Positions 9,897 to 21,200 of a DNA stretch of 64,000 nt are shown here, in pieces; within the stretch, counting starts at the first letter, position 1; every line of letters begins with the position of its first letter. Source of the DNA: an uncultured virus (IMG/VR IMGVR_UViG_3300030012_003218) (taxonomy: Duplodnaviria; Heunggongvirae; Uroviricota; Caudoviricetes); IMG/VR virus record IMGVR_UViG_3300030012_003218, positions 1 to 64,000 of that record; one strand, given 5' to 3'. The notes beneath the pieces were generated by a model. It ran no database searches. It saw only the letters and a list, made by a program, of their open reading frames with translations, and was not told where the DNA came from. Both the position numbers and the translations under genes were made by a program.

Positions 9897-12800
9897 CTAT
9901 AAATATGAAACTTTTGAGAACCCGCGCACTTTACTGATATCTATTATTTGGTCAACCATATCTCGGGTCTTATCAATATGAGATATTGTGATAATAAAAT
10001 CAAACTGCGTTTTAAGGTAATCAAATAATAAATATAAAGAATTAAAGTTCTCAGTATCAAGTGAACCGAACCCTTCGTCAATGGCTATAAAGTTTGGTCT
10101 TGGTAGATTTGATACATTTATTAATGCTGTTCTGATTGCTATTGATGATATGAATTTTTCCATACCACTTGTTAATTCGAGAGGCCAATATTCATCACTT
10201 CCATATGCGATATATGAGTTGATATTTCTACCATCTGTATTTAGTAATACTTGGAAGTCTACTATTGGTGATAGTATATTGTTTATCTCTATTTCTAATT
10301 TTGGTAATACTTCGGATATTAGTTGATATGGGATTCCATCTCTTCTAACACATTTAATATAATATTCGTATCCGTCATATTTGATTTCCATTTCACGAAG
10401 TTTCTCGATTGACTCGTTAACTTGTTGTATGGAATTTTCTGCTAATGTAATTTCAGAGTTGACACTCATCATTTCATCACCAACCTCGTCTATCTTTTCT
10501 TTTATAGAATCTCGTGTGAGTTTAAAAGATTTTATCTTTTCATTTACCTGCTTGTTATGCTTAACTGCTTGTTCTTGGTTCTTTGCTTTCTGAAGTTTAG
10601 ACTTTAGTTCTTTTAACTGTATATCTAAATCTCTAACGTCTTGCATACACGACTCGTAAATCTTAGACGCAGTTAACCATTCCTTCTCTAAATCCATCTG
10701 TTGTTTAGTAAGGGTATCAAACTCTTTTAAATCGTTTTTAACGTTAAAACTATCTCTTTCATCAATAAGTTTAACTTTCTTCTCTAAAAGGTCTTTAAAA
10801 CTCTTCTGTAAGGTTTCTATGTCCTTCTGTAGTTTATCTGCTTTCTTTACGATAGGAGTATTCTTGTTTTGTACACAATGTTCACAATCATCATCGAAAG
10901 TTAATTGACCGATTCCTTCTAAAGTGTCTTTCTTATGAGTTATCTCGATATTGATGGTATCCATCTTATTATCTAAATCATTAAACTTTTTATCTAATCT
11001 ATTGAATTTAGTATCTTTCTTTTTTAACTCTTTGATATCTAAGGTTTTAAGTTTACCTTCTATATCGTTTTTAGATACTTCGATATTTTGTAGTTCTGAA
11101 AGATTGTGGTCACACTCTTTATTTTGAGTATCCCGAACTAATTCCAAATCTTTTAGTTCTTTTGAGATATCATCTACATTACCAATATCCTCAACAGGTT
11201 TTAAGTGAGTCATTTCAAACTCTATCTTAGTATTAGTATTTTCTAATTTAAGATTTAGTTCATCTTTTTTAGATTGTAATTCATCTAATGAACCTGTAAT
11301 ACTTGTTAGTGCGTTTTCTGCTTCAATTAGTTTTGTAGGAAAGTCTTGTTTTTTATATTCTCTAAGTAAAGTATTTAGTTCTCTAATCTCTTCACTTGCG
11401 AGATGATATAAATCTTCGAATATATCCATATCCAAAAACTGTGCTAATAATTCTTTTCTTTCCTTTTGAGATTTTTCTATAAACCCACTGTTATTAGATT
11501 GTGTTGACATTGCTGTTAAAACAAAATCTTCATATGTTCCAATGTAGTTTCTAATTATTGCATTTGTCTCTCTACGTTGTTCACCATTTAATGATTCTTT
11601 TTGTCCATCAATCATACGATAGAAATCAACATCAACTTTTACAGTTCCTCTTTTTGGACTTTTCTTTGCTTTTCTTTCTATAAAATATTCAACATTGTTT
11701 AACTCGAATTCAAACTTACAATCAAAATTCATTTTAGAGTAATTCATTACATCTTCTGCTCTGATTGTTCTTGAACACTTATCAAACATACAAAATGATA
11801 ATGCGTCCCATAGAGTTGACTTACCACTTGCGTTTGGTGCGAATATTCCATATGCACCTTTCATATTTGTAAAGTCAATTACATTGTTAGTTCCATATGA
11901 GAACATATTAGAAAACTCAAATCGTTTTGGAATCCACGTTGAGTTACTTACAATATTTGGTTTTCCAAGTTTGTCATTTATATCTTTATTGATATTGGTA
12001 ACTACACTTAGTTGTTCTTTTGTAAGGTGTTCTGTTTCTTCTAAATATTCTTCGATAAGTTTATTTTGAAAACCTGTATCTCTTACATTTTGTAATACTA
12101 TCGATTGGTGTTCTACATCTCTTTTACGAGTTAAAACTTTTTGTACAGTCAGTTCTTGTACTTGTGCTTGTTTTTTAATCTTTGCGATTAATCTATTAAG
12201 TTGTGAAGTTTTAGTATCTTTTACTCTTACCCTAACTCTTGGTTTATTAGGCATATAATTATCAGATACTATCTTACCATTTTCAATATCAACAGTCACA
12301 TATCCATAATCATTGTGTATTGGAACAAATTCACTTTTTAGACTTTTCATATCCCAAACTAAGATACCATGTATAGGATATTTTGCTTCACCATGATTTT
12401 GAACTATCAATGAGCCAGAATATTTTATATGTGATTTACCCATCACCTCATTGTTTGGTTTATGGATATCACCTAACAATACTAAATCATAATTTTCAAA
12501 GTGTGATACTTTTACATTTTGATTCTGTATTACAAATCCGTGTTCAGTTTCAATGTTATCAACAGGACCGTGTAACATTGCAATTCGTCCATTGTTTTTC
12601 TTGTAGTCTGTAGCGGGTGGGAATCCTTCTGACTTGTCCCATATTGATTTATGTACAAACGTGTAACCACCGATTCCAACTGCACCTGTATCTTTTACAT
12701 AGTGTAAGTTTGGGTGGTCTAATGCTTTTATGATTGGACTAAGAGCGTCTAATCTTGATGTATTGTTTAGATTTGCGTCATGGTTGCCAGGAATTACAAT

Positions 12801-13067
12801 AGTTGGTAGTAAGTCTGATAACTTACATAAAAATTCCTGAGTCAAATCAACAACCTCAGGTGACATATCGGTTTTTGCGTGTACGATATCACCTGCTATA
12901 TAAATGATGTCATTTTCCCTCATTGTGGATAAGATATATCCATAAAGGTTAGAAAATACCTCACGGTATTCTTTGTGTCGTTGAAGGTTCCTGATATGTA
13001 CATCTGCGATGTGATATATCTTTCCGATATCGGATACACCGACATCGATATATTTTATTCTTCTCAT
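9897..13067 (-). CDS. fused SbcD/Mre11 nuclease and SbcC/Rad50 ATPase (gp47-gp46-like)
   Basis: N-terminal DVH, GD, GNHD, DIH metallophosphoesterase motifs; Walker A APNASGKST, coiled coil with CEHC hook, TSGME signature, IDEGFGSLD Walker B, ISH. Confidence 0.92.
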   Translation of the reverse strand: MRRIKYIDVGVSDIGKIYHIADVHIRNLQRHKEYREVFSNLYGYILSTMRENDIIYIAGDIVHAKTDMSPEVVDLTQEFLCKLSDLLPTIVIPGNHDANLNNTSRLDALSPIIKALDHPNLHYVKDTGAVGIGGYTFVHKSIWDKSEGFPPATDYKKNNGRIAMLHGPVDNIETEHGFVIQNQNVKVSHFENYDLVLLGDIHKPNNEVMGKSHIKYSGSLIVQNHGEAKYPIHGILVWDMKSLKSEFVPIHNDYGYVTVDIENGKIVSDNYMPNKPRVRVRVKDTKTSQLNRLIAKIKKQAQVQELTVQKVLTRKRDVEHQSIVLQNVRDTGFQNKLIEEYLEETEHLTKEQLSVVTNINKDINDKLGKPNIVSNSTWIPKRFEFSNMFSYGTNNVIDFTNMKGAYGIFAPNASGKSTLWDALSFCMFDKCSRTIRAEDVMNYSKMNFDCKFEFELNNVEYFIERKAKKSPKRGTVKVDVDFYRMIDGQKESLNGEQRRETNAIIRNYIGTYEDFVLTAMSTQSNNSGFIEKSQKERKELLAQFLDMDIFEDLYHLASEEIRELNTLLREYKKQDFPTKLIEAENALTSITGSLDELQSKKDELNLKLENTNTKIEFEMTHLKPVEDIGNVDDISKELKDLELVRDTQNKECDHNLSELQNIEVSKNDIEGKLKTLDIKELKKKDTKFNRLDKKFNDLDNKMDTINIEITHKKDTLEGIGQLTFDDDCEHCVQNKNTPIVKKADKLQKDIETLQKSFKDLLEKKVKLIDERDSFNVKNDLKEFDTLTKQQMDLEKEWLTASKIYESCMQDVRDLDIQLKELKSKLQKAKNQEQAVKHNKQVNEKIKSFKLTRDSIKEKIDEVGDEMMSVNSEITLAENSIQQVNESIEKLREMEIKYDGYEYYIKCVRRDGIPYQLISEVLPKLEIEINNILSPIVDFQVLLNTDGRNINSYIAYGSDEYWPLELTSGMEKFISSIAIRTALINVSNLPRPNFIAIDEGFGSLDTENFNSLYLLFDYLKTQFDFIITISHIDKTRDMVDQIIDISKVRGFSKVSYL

Positions 13068-13996
13068 ACGTTAAATAGTTGATACTCCATTAACTTTTTT
13101 AAATCAAGTGGTGGTGTATCATAAATTTTTTGGTTTATACGTTCATATCCCATTTCAGATGGGTCTTCCTCACCTAAGTCCACTAAATGAGTCTCAATCC
13201 CGTAGGACATAAACTTCTTAGACAGACCTATTGCGTTAGATATAGCATCCGAATCTAATACAATATACAACTTTTTTACCGAATTTCCAATTATTTTCTT
13301 CTCTAATTTTGATTGTATACTTTTTCCAAACAATGGAACTGCGTTTCTTCGTATTGCTATAGCGTCAAATGCTCCTTCACATAAAACCAATGGTATATCC
13401 CAATTCACTAAAAGGTCAAACCCCACAATGTCTTTAGATACCTTTGGATTTTTGTGTTTGTATTTTGATTGGTAGAATGACCTACCAACAAAAAAGTTTA
13501 GTTTTCCATCATCGTCATAAGATGGTATAATAATTTTATCTTCATATTCTCCTGTTTCACAATATCCTATATTATATTTCACAATATCCTCAGGTCTAAG
13601 TCCACGTTTTAACAAGTAGTTAAGAGCGTGTTTGTACTTAAATGAGTTTGACTTTTTGTAAAGTGGTTTAAATTCCTTTGGAAGTTCAACTTGATTTACC
13701 TGTATCTGATTATCAGAATGAACATAACGGTTTATTCTACTGAATATACTATTGTATTCATCCCAAGTTTGTTTTGATACACGAAGTTTCTTAAAAAGGG
13801 TTTTTATTGTTCTTCCCTTTTCGTCAGATATCCAACAATGCCATGGATTCCTTCCATCAGAAGTAATTCTAATATTTACTTCTAACTTAGGTTTATAGTG
13901 GTCCACAAACGGGGAATAAAAGGCATAATTATCACCCGATGTTTTCTTGGATTTACCAAGAACAGACTCCAATAATTCAAGTAATCTATCTTCCAT
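13064..13996 (-). CDS. DNA primase (Toprim)
   Basis: YLLKRGL, IIIP, FFVGR, LCEGAFD and LDSDA motifs. Confidence 0.88.
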   Translation of the reverse strand: MEDRLLELLESVLGKSKKTSGDNYAFYSPFVDHYKPKLEVNIRITSDGRNPWHCWISDEKGRTIKTLFKKLRVSKQTWDEYNSIFSRINRYVHSDNQIQVNQVELPKEFKPLYKKSNSFKYKHALNYLLKRGLRPEDIVKYNIGYCETGEYEDKIIIPSYDDDGKLNFFVGRSFYQSKYKHKNPKVSKDIVGFDLLVNWDIPLVLCEGAFDAIAIRRNAVPLFGKSIQSKLEKKIIGNSVKKLYIVLDSDAISNAIGLSKKFMSYGIETHLVDLGEEDPSEMGYERINQKIYDTPPLDLKKLMEYQLFNV

Positions 13997-14025
13997 TTAG
14001 TATAAACTTACACTAATATACAAAA

Positions 14026-14460
14026 TTATTTTGAATAATCAAAGAAATTTTCTGTTTGTTTTTCCTCAATCCATTCTTGGGGTATTTCTTTTTTAGCCCA
14101 TTTGAAACCATTCTTCTCACACCATTCGGCGTAAGTGGTTTTAGAACCTTTGTATATTTTACCGTTTGGGGACTGTAAAACAAATCGTAAATCCATTTCA
14201 GGATTTTGTTCTCTAATGAGTAAATGTTTCTTTCTATCCTCAGGTAAAAACCAACCCTTTGATTCAATGTAGATACCATTGGGTAATCTAAAATCGGGTT
14301 TGTAAGTGTGGTGTGTTGCTGGTATTGTATATGATACTTCGTGTTGTTCATATTCACCATCTATTCCTTGTGCTTTGAGTTGTTCGTCTATACGAGTTTC
14401 CAACCCACTTTTGTGTCCCTTCATTTTTTGGATGTGGGACCAATTTCCTTTTTTATTCAT
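14026..14460 (-). CDS. T7 endonuclease I-like Holliday junction resolvase
   Basis: SGLE...YKPDF.LPNGIYIESKG...DRKKHLLI...KIYKGSKTTYAEWCEKNGF. Confidence 0.9.
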   Translation of the reverse strand: MNKKGNWSHIQKMKGHKSGLETRIDEQLKAQGIDGEYEQHEVSYTIPATHHTYKPDFRLPNGIYIESKGWFLPEDRKKHLLIREQNPEMDLRFVLQSPNGKIYKGSKTTYAEWCEKNGFKWAKKEIPQEWIEEKQTENFFDYSK

Positions 14461-14462
14461 AA

Positions 14463-16190
14463 CTATTCAAAATCTAATCTAACGTCAACTGTTACATCAA
14501 CATCTTGTCTCTTCTTCATGGGTGAACCCATTTTACCAACGGCGAGTAATTCACCATTGTCATTATATAATCCTATTTGTGTTACATATGGTCTGAAATC
14601 AGAACTTGTAACAAAGTTTCTTAAAGTTGGTTCGTTTTCATCTTGTGTTATTCTAAGAGTATTGTTTGATGATACATTAAACTCACCTCGTCCTATTTCA
14701 CATAATATAGATTGTTGTTCTATTTGTTTAGTAGAATTATATGTAAATTCAAAACCTTTTCCTGTGTAGTTAAAATCACCATCACCTAAAAAACAATTTT
14801 GATATTTTGGTCTTGGGTCTGTTACTACTATTAATCCTTTTTGATAAAATGTATATCCAACATTTCTTGTTTGATATGCTGAACCACTAATAACATGATT
14901 GTTATTTAATGATGCTATATTATCACTCGATAGGTTTGTATTGTAAAATCTTATTTCATCAATCGAACCACTTGTACCTGTATCACCCATTCCATCGTGA
15001 CACATTATAGTTACATCATCTTCATTACCTATCGGTCTCCTTACATGAGTTCCTACGTTACCACCAACTTGAGTTCCATCAAGATACCACTTCATGGTTC
15101 CACCACTCTGACCACCCGTATGATTTACAATAATATTATGCCAACTGTTATCATTAATTTTTGAAGAGGTTACTGTTAATGATTCTCTCTTATCTTCTCT
15201 ACCGTCAAAGAACTGAAATTCTAATTTTCCATTCTTAGAACCTGCTGTCTGATTAAATACACTTATCTTAAATGGATAGTTAGGTGCTTCTCGTACCATA
15301 GTTGACCCAAACGTAGTTCCTTTTGATGTTGAACTTGGGTTATAGTCAAGATATGGATTATACTGTTGAGATGATTTTGCTAATATTGTATTCTTTGTGT
15401 GTCTTAACATAGACTGACTTGGTGGTAATTTAACCCATGCGGATATTGACCAATTTTGTGCTGAATTAAAGAAGTCTGTATTACTACCTGCTGCAGGTAT
15501 GTAAAGTGATGATGATGTTTGTAAGAATCCACCATAACCACTTGCCGTTGCTTCACCTGTTGTATCTATTCCATTTACTATGGTTACATTTTTACATTGA
15601 AGATTATTACCAAATGGTCCTTCGTCTTTTTGAATTTTATAGATTGTATTGTGTGGATACTTATTAAATCCTAAATAGAATTTTAAATATCTATCGTCTA
15701 CAAATTTAGTGTGGTCTATTGCTGTATCATATAAAACACCACAGTTATTATCAGATTTTGATTCACTTAAATGTAATGACGCAGAACCTGCTGCTCTTGA
15801 GAAATCTGAAATAGTTACTGACTCAGGTTTGATTCCTAAACCAAATTTATTTTGTGGTATCGAAACAATTGATGCTGTTGAATATAAATGTTTATCACCA
15901 TAATCCTTAAAACATAGATTGTTAAGGGTACTCCACATAATTTTTTGTGGAACCTTATTTAAGTCTCTTGATATTGCACCTGAACCTGTTAGGATAGTAT
16001 TATCGTATTCGATACCTTGGTGTTTTGATTTAGAAACTTCTAACTTAGTATTAAATGGGGATATTGCTCTAAACGTAGATATCTCGAATGATGACGAATA
16101 GTTTACATCCGTCACCTCATATCTCTTATGAGCTTTGTAGGGACGTGTGGTTATTCCCTGATTGAATATCCTTTTGAATACTTTTGCCAT
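14463..16190 (-). CDS. virion structural protein with a LamG/concanavalin-like domain
   Basis: WSISAWVK, WHNIIV, IDEIRFYN LamG motifs; C-terminal YVTQIGLYND.GELLAVGK...VRLDF. Confidence 0.7.
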   Translation of the reverse strand: MAKVFKRIFNQGITTRPYKAHKRYEVTDVNYSSSFEISTFRAISPFNTKLEVSKSKHQGIEYDNTILTGSGAISRDLNKVPQKIMWSTLNNLCFKDYGDKHLYSTASIVSIPQNKFGLGIKPESVTISDFSRAAGSASLHLSESKSDNNCGVLYDTAIDHTKFVDDRYLKFYLGFNKYPHNTIYKIQKDEGPFGNNLQCKNVTIVNGIDTTGEATASGYGGFLQTSSSLYIPAAGSNTDFFNSAQNWSISAWVKLPPSQSMLRHTKNTILAKSSQQYNPYLDYNPSSTSKGTTFGSTMVREAPNYPFKISVFNQTAGSKNGKLEFQFFDGREDKRESLTVTSSKINDNSWHNIIVNHTGGQSGGTMKWYLDGTQVGGNVGTHVRRPIGNEDDVTIMCHDGMGDTGTSGSIDEIRFYNTNLSSDNIASLNNNHVISGSAYQTRNVGYTFYQKGLIVVTDPRPKYQNCFLGDGDFNYTGKGFEFTYNSTKQIEQQSILCEIGRGEFNVSSNNTLRITQDENEPTLRNFVTSSDFRPYVTQIGLYNDNGELLAVGKMGSPMKKRQDVDVTVDVRLDFE

Positions 16191-16206
16191 ACTTCATCAC
16201 TAATTC

Positions 16207-17553
16207 TTAGAAATCTAATTTAACCTTAACTAATACTTCGTTTTGGAATGATTTCAAAATTGGTTTAGAAAGTTTAGCGATTGCGAGTAATTCATTATCA
16301 TTGTTATATAACCCAACATTCGTAATGTAAGTTTTTGGGTCACCAACGAAAGTTGATTGATTCAATCTACCCTCTGAACCTGAAATATAAGTCGGGTTGT
16401 TACTAAAGTTATATTCACCATTCTTAGCTCTAACAAAGTAGAAAGTTGATTTAACTTCTTCTTCGTTTCTTGCTTGGAATCCGTCTGATGTAGACTCGTA
16501 TGCTGAACCACTAATTGCTTCAAACAACCTATTATGGTTTTGATTATCTGCTACAGTTCTTACAGTTCCTAAAGATGCTGAATCATCAAGTGCTGCTGCA
16601 CCTAATATGATTATACCATGTTGTGGATAAACTTCACCAAATATTTCAGTTGAGTTTTGAACACCACCTACAAGAGAACCTGATACAACATTGTATTTAG
16701 TTTGTCTTGCATTACCTGCTTGATTCGTGTCACCACTATCATCAATCAATCTAAGTGTTTCACCACCTGAACCTGAAAGAACTAATTCCCAATTGCCAGG
16801 GTCTAATCTATCTTTTAATCTAGCTCTGTTAATTGCTATTGCGTAAATATCATCTTGGTTTCTATCTTGCCATTTGAAAAACTTTTGGTTAGACGGTAAC
16901 AAGACTTGTTGCATTTGTGAGTATATTGCGGATGAAGGTGAATCTTCATTTGTTCCTGCTGAACCACTACCTGCGTAGTGTCCGTATGCTACTGAGAACT
17001 GAGGTTCGTTTGTAGATACACTTGGAAGTCCATTGTATATCTCATAGTAATATGCTTTTTGAGTATTTGATAAGAACGATGATGTATGGAATACAGTTAA
17101 CTCACCACTTCCACCTGACCATAGTCCTCTTGTTACTCTCTTAGTACCACCTTCTACTACATCTTCAGTAGTAAATGCGGTATAAACTTTTCCACTACCA
17201 TAATCATATGCTCCTGCTGGAACGATTGGTGTGTCATTTGTTGCGACATCATCATTTAGTATGACATCGATTGACCTTACTCCACCACCTGCTCCTGAAC
17301 CACCACTTGAAGGTGGTGTTAGTATAGATGGTCTTGGTGTAACGGTTGGTGTTACATTTGATGCACCACCACCATTTTGAAGGTTTTGTGATAATACATT
17401 ATTTTGATTCATGTTTCGAGGTCCAATCATTCCTAAGTTAGGTCCACCTATTCCACCGAAACCACCAGCGTATGGGTTCCCACCACCAAAGAAACCACCA
17501 CCCCCACCAAGAGGGTTAGCGCCACCGAATCCGAAGTTGTTTAAAAATGCCAT
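16207..17553 (-). CDS. baseplate/tail structural protein
   Basis: C-terminal YITNVGLYNNDNELLAIAKLSKP...VKLDF paralogous to 14463-16190; located in the structural module. Confidence 0.65.
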   Translation of the reverse strand: MAFLNNFGFGGANPLGGGGGFFGGGNPYAGGFGGIGGPNLGMIGPRNMNQNNVLSQNLQNGGGASNVTPTVTPRPSILTPPSSGGSGAGGGVRSIDVILNDDVATNDTPIVPAGAYDYGSGKVYTAFTTEDVVEGGTKRVTRGLWSGGSGELTVFHTSSFLSNTQKAYYYEIYNGLPSVSTNEPQFSVAYGHYAGSGSAGTNEDSPSSAIYSQMQQVLLPSNQKFFKWQDRNQDDIYAIAINRARLKDRLDPGNWELVLSGSGGETLRLIDDSGDTNQAGNARQTKYNVVSGSLVGGVQNSTEIFGEVYPQHGIIILGAAALDDSASLGTVRTVADNQNHNRLFEAISGSAYESTSDGFQARNEEEVKSTFYFVRAKNGEYNFSNNPTYISGSEGRLNQSTFVGDPKTYITNVGLYNNDNELLAIAKLSKPILKSFQNEVLVKVKLDF

Positions 17554-17566
17554 AGTCTATCTCTCC

Positions 17567-18208
17567 TTATTCGTTTACTTTAGGTGTTACCGTCACATCT
17601 ATTTCCGCTCTACCACCTGTTTCATTACCAATAACAATAATTCTTGTATTAGTTTGTTGATTAGTTGGTAAGTTGTTTGTTGGAGTAAATATGAATGAAT
17701 TAAGTCCCGTTACTGCTAATGCTTGATTAGTAGCATATGAATTAATATTAATAATAGGTGAAGTCGTTCCTGGCACTCCTGCGTTACCTGCTACTGAACC
17801 TACATCACTATTAAGTAATATTGCTGTATATCCTAAGTTTTCATTACCACCATTTTTGGTAGTTACGTTTATAGTACTTGCTGTTCCTTCTTCTGCTGAA
17901 GAGATAGAAGTTATTGATAGTTCTATAAATGGTAACTTTACCGTTGATTTCGGTAATGATAATAATTTGTATTTCATTAAATATGAATCGTCAGTAATCG
18001 CCTCCAAGATTGGCATATTTTCAATAACGATTCCGTAGAAATCACTTCCCAATGAGTGAGCAGGATTCCAAAGGTCGTAATCGACTTCGTCATCCGCTAA
18101 TGCGAATTGGGTAATTGAAAATTTGTCTCTACCTTCCGCGAGTAATTCTCTTCCCCTCTTGGTAAGGATAGCGTCTACTGTTACAGATGAATTGTCTAAA
18201 AATCCCAT
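17567..18208 (-). CDS. baseplate/tail structural protein
   Basis: N-terminal AILTKRGRELLA...ITQFALAD resembles fibre-attachment domains; SD-like AGAGG and a late-type motif upstream. Confidence 0.6.
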   Translation of the reverse strand: MGFLDNSSVTVDAILTKRGRELLAEGRDKFSITQFALADDEVDYDLWNPAHSLGSDFYGIVIENMPILEAITDDSYLMKYKLLSLPKSTVKLPFIELSITSISSAEEGTASTINVTTKNGGNENLGYTAILLNSDVGSVAGNAGVPGTTSPIININSYATNQALAVTGLNSFIFTPTNNLPTNQQTNTRIIVIGNETGGRAEIDVTVTPKVNE

Positions 18209-18272
18209 AGTTGTTTTCCTCTTTTACTTATATAAATATAGTTTTTTTTATTTTTAAATCATTTTTTTGTTT

Positions 18273-21200
18273 TTAAGTACCTCTGTTTGTAAAGATACCC
18301 CCTCTTTGGTTCTTTCTTCTGTTTTGATTTATATCAGAAGATGACCCTCTTGAAGTGTTTAATGCTCCAAAAGTTGCTGTATTACTTCTTGATGAACGTG
18401 GTCCTACTCCAAATCCTACATTGGATACATTTCCACCCATAGTGTTAGAACCTAATCCACCACTTCTGTACTGTCTTCTCATTTGTTTTCTTACAGCGTT
18501 ATTTAATACACTATTTGTTGCGTCAACATTTAATGTAACATTCTTTCTTGTATTTCCAATAGATGGTATAAAATCAAATGAAATTGTTTTATCACCACCT
18601 GCTATTCTACCTATTGGTCTCTTTCTTGTTCGAGGTAATAATGGTAGTGCTGGTGGATTTCTAAACAAGTCGTCTTCTATTTGTTTATCTACACCTTTTG
18701 AAACTGAAGTATTTGGTGCTTCATTCTTATCGATATATTTTTGAACTGATAATAAATCTTCGGATGGAATGATACCAATAACTTTAGGGTCTTTACCCCC
18801 TGACTCAAGGTCAATATCTTTTGTAGTGTTCATTACTAACTTAGTATCGTTAACAATACTAACTTCAATTACAGGAGTATTGTCAGGCGTATCAGGTGAA
18901 TTTGCTGTTAAAGATGTACTTGATATACTACAACCATTGTAATATAAATTAAGTAAACCACCTGTTAGTCTATCATCCTGAACTCTTGCAAAGTGGAATG
19001 ATGCGGAACTTGCGAACTCAGGACCTTTTGATGCACTTATATCATTTGAATAAAAATACTTTGGTTCTAATGCTGTCTTTGAAAGTCTTGCGTCTAATAT
19101 AGTAGAACCTGTTGGTGAATATTCCCAATATGGATTTGTATCTGTAAAATAATCACCCGAAGAACTAAGTCTTTGAATATCTGTGTATTTGTAAACAGAC
19201 GGTTTAAATGCGTCTTTTGTTATACTACTTGTATAAGTTAAGTAAGAACCTGATATTATATTTAAAGTTGCTATTCCACTACTCTCATATTGATTTTGTG
19301 TAAATGATATCCCTTGTGGTCTTAAATAATTATTTCTTTCAAAAATGTGTGGTTCAATTAAAATACCTTTATGCCAATCAGCTCTTGCTGGAACTAATTG
19401 TTTCATTGAATCAAAGATAGACATATCGTATCTTGATAACATATCTAATTGAATCTGAAGTGCTGTTCTTCCTGTATATTTTTGGAAATAGTTTCTTGCT
19501 CTAAAATCTAATAAATCATATCCGTCATTATTTCTAACATCAGTATCACCAACCAAATCACCTGCGTCAAAGTAACCTTCAGACGCGTAGATATCAAAGT
19601 TAATTGTATCTGTTGTAGAGAAGTAAGTTCCTAATAAATTAGAATCAAGAGGTGCTTCATCGTATTGACTAATTTCATTTGACCTATCAAACTGTAATGG
19701 TCCTCTTAAAGATGAAGATTCTATTCTTACTTTTTTATTTGTTAAGTTTAATGCCCCAACAGATGGAATAGAAACAAACTGAGTATCTACTTCACCTGAC
19801 AATCTTGCTGGGTCTGCTCTGTTAGTTCTGTCAAAAGATGCTGATAATATAAGACCCGTTGCTGATGCGGTAAACTGTTGATTAGGATGTCTTGATAATA
19901 TAGAACCACTAATATTATTGTATGTACTATCAGGGAAAATTCTATATAGAAGATTCTCATATGATGTATCGATATCTAAATCAGTTGTATTATCATCAGA
20001 ATAATATGCGTCAGTATTTGCTGCATGACCAAGTATGACTTCATTTGATAACTGTTTCTTGTAGTATCTTACCTCTTGAACACTTGACGTAGTATCACTT
20101 CCTACATTAACATAAGGTATCGCGAGACCATATGCGCCTCCACCTACACCACTCCAACAGTGGTCAAGACTACCCGTAGTCCAAGATGCGGTTGGGTTTG
20201 CTAATGTGAATCCAAAATCGTCAACCCATGCTGAGTTAAGTGTATATCCACCTGACCCTGATGATATTGCTACTACAACATTTCTTTCTTGTTTGTAAGG
20301 AACATATGGAGTTGTTGCTACAGTCTCTAAATTATTCTCTTTAACAACCCATCTTGCTTTTCCTGTTAATTGGTTGTATTCCCACATTAAATCATAAACT
20401 TTTGCAGTGCCAGAGAAATTTGGATGTCTCATGATTGTATGATTACCCTGTGGTAGTTTTGCTATTATTTCAATAGTCTTCGGTCTACTACCATTGATAA
20501 CATCCCAAGGGTGTTCTCCATTTGTTAACCCATCTAATTGTAGTTTGTAGATATATCTTTCGTGTTCGTATATCTCTTTAGTGTCTTTTATTCTTGGTCC
20601 ACCGTATTCTCTAATCTTTAAAAATGCACTTGGAATACCATAAGAAGATATCAATGTTTTAAATGAACGTGCTGTACCTTTACTTTTGTATATTCCCGGC
20701 ACATTGTTTAATAATCTTCTCCAAGTTTCGTGTACAATCTCTTTTGTTGGTTTAGAATATAATGAACCTGATTGTATTGGATTACCTTCTTGACTAACTC
20801 CAAATTCATATGTCCACAATGAAGTATCAGAGTATCCGTTAAATAGTTTCCAACCGAAAGAATTTGCAATAACCTCTATTAGGTCTTGTGCCATACCATC
20901 TTTAGGATGTTCTTCTCTGTCATTGATTTGTGTAATTTCCTGAATGTAGTTGTAGAATATATCAAAATGCTGACCTAACATTTTTACAAACTCAACATAC
21001 TCTTCATTCTTTTCATCAAACGCTAAATTCGAAGGAATCATTTCTGTTAACTTACTATCGTTAAATGCGTCGTATGTTCTTGCAGTCTCAATTGTATTGT
21101 TAAACCAATTAGTACCTTGTGATGATGTCAAATCATACAATGTATGTGGATTCTTTAATTCTTTTGGATATGGGTCTATTCTATATTCAGAAGAACTAAA

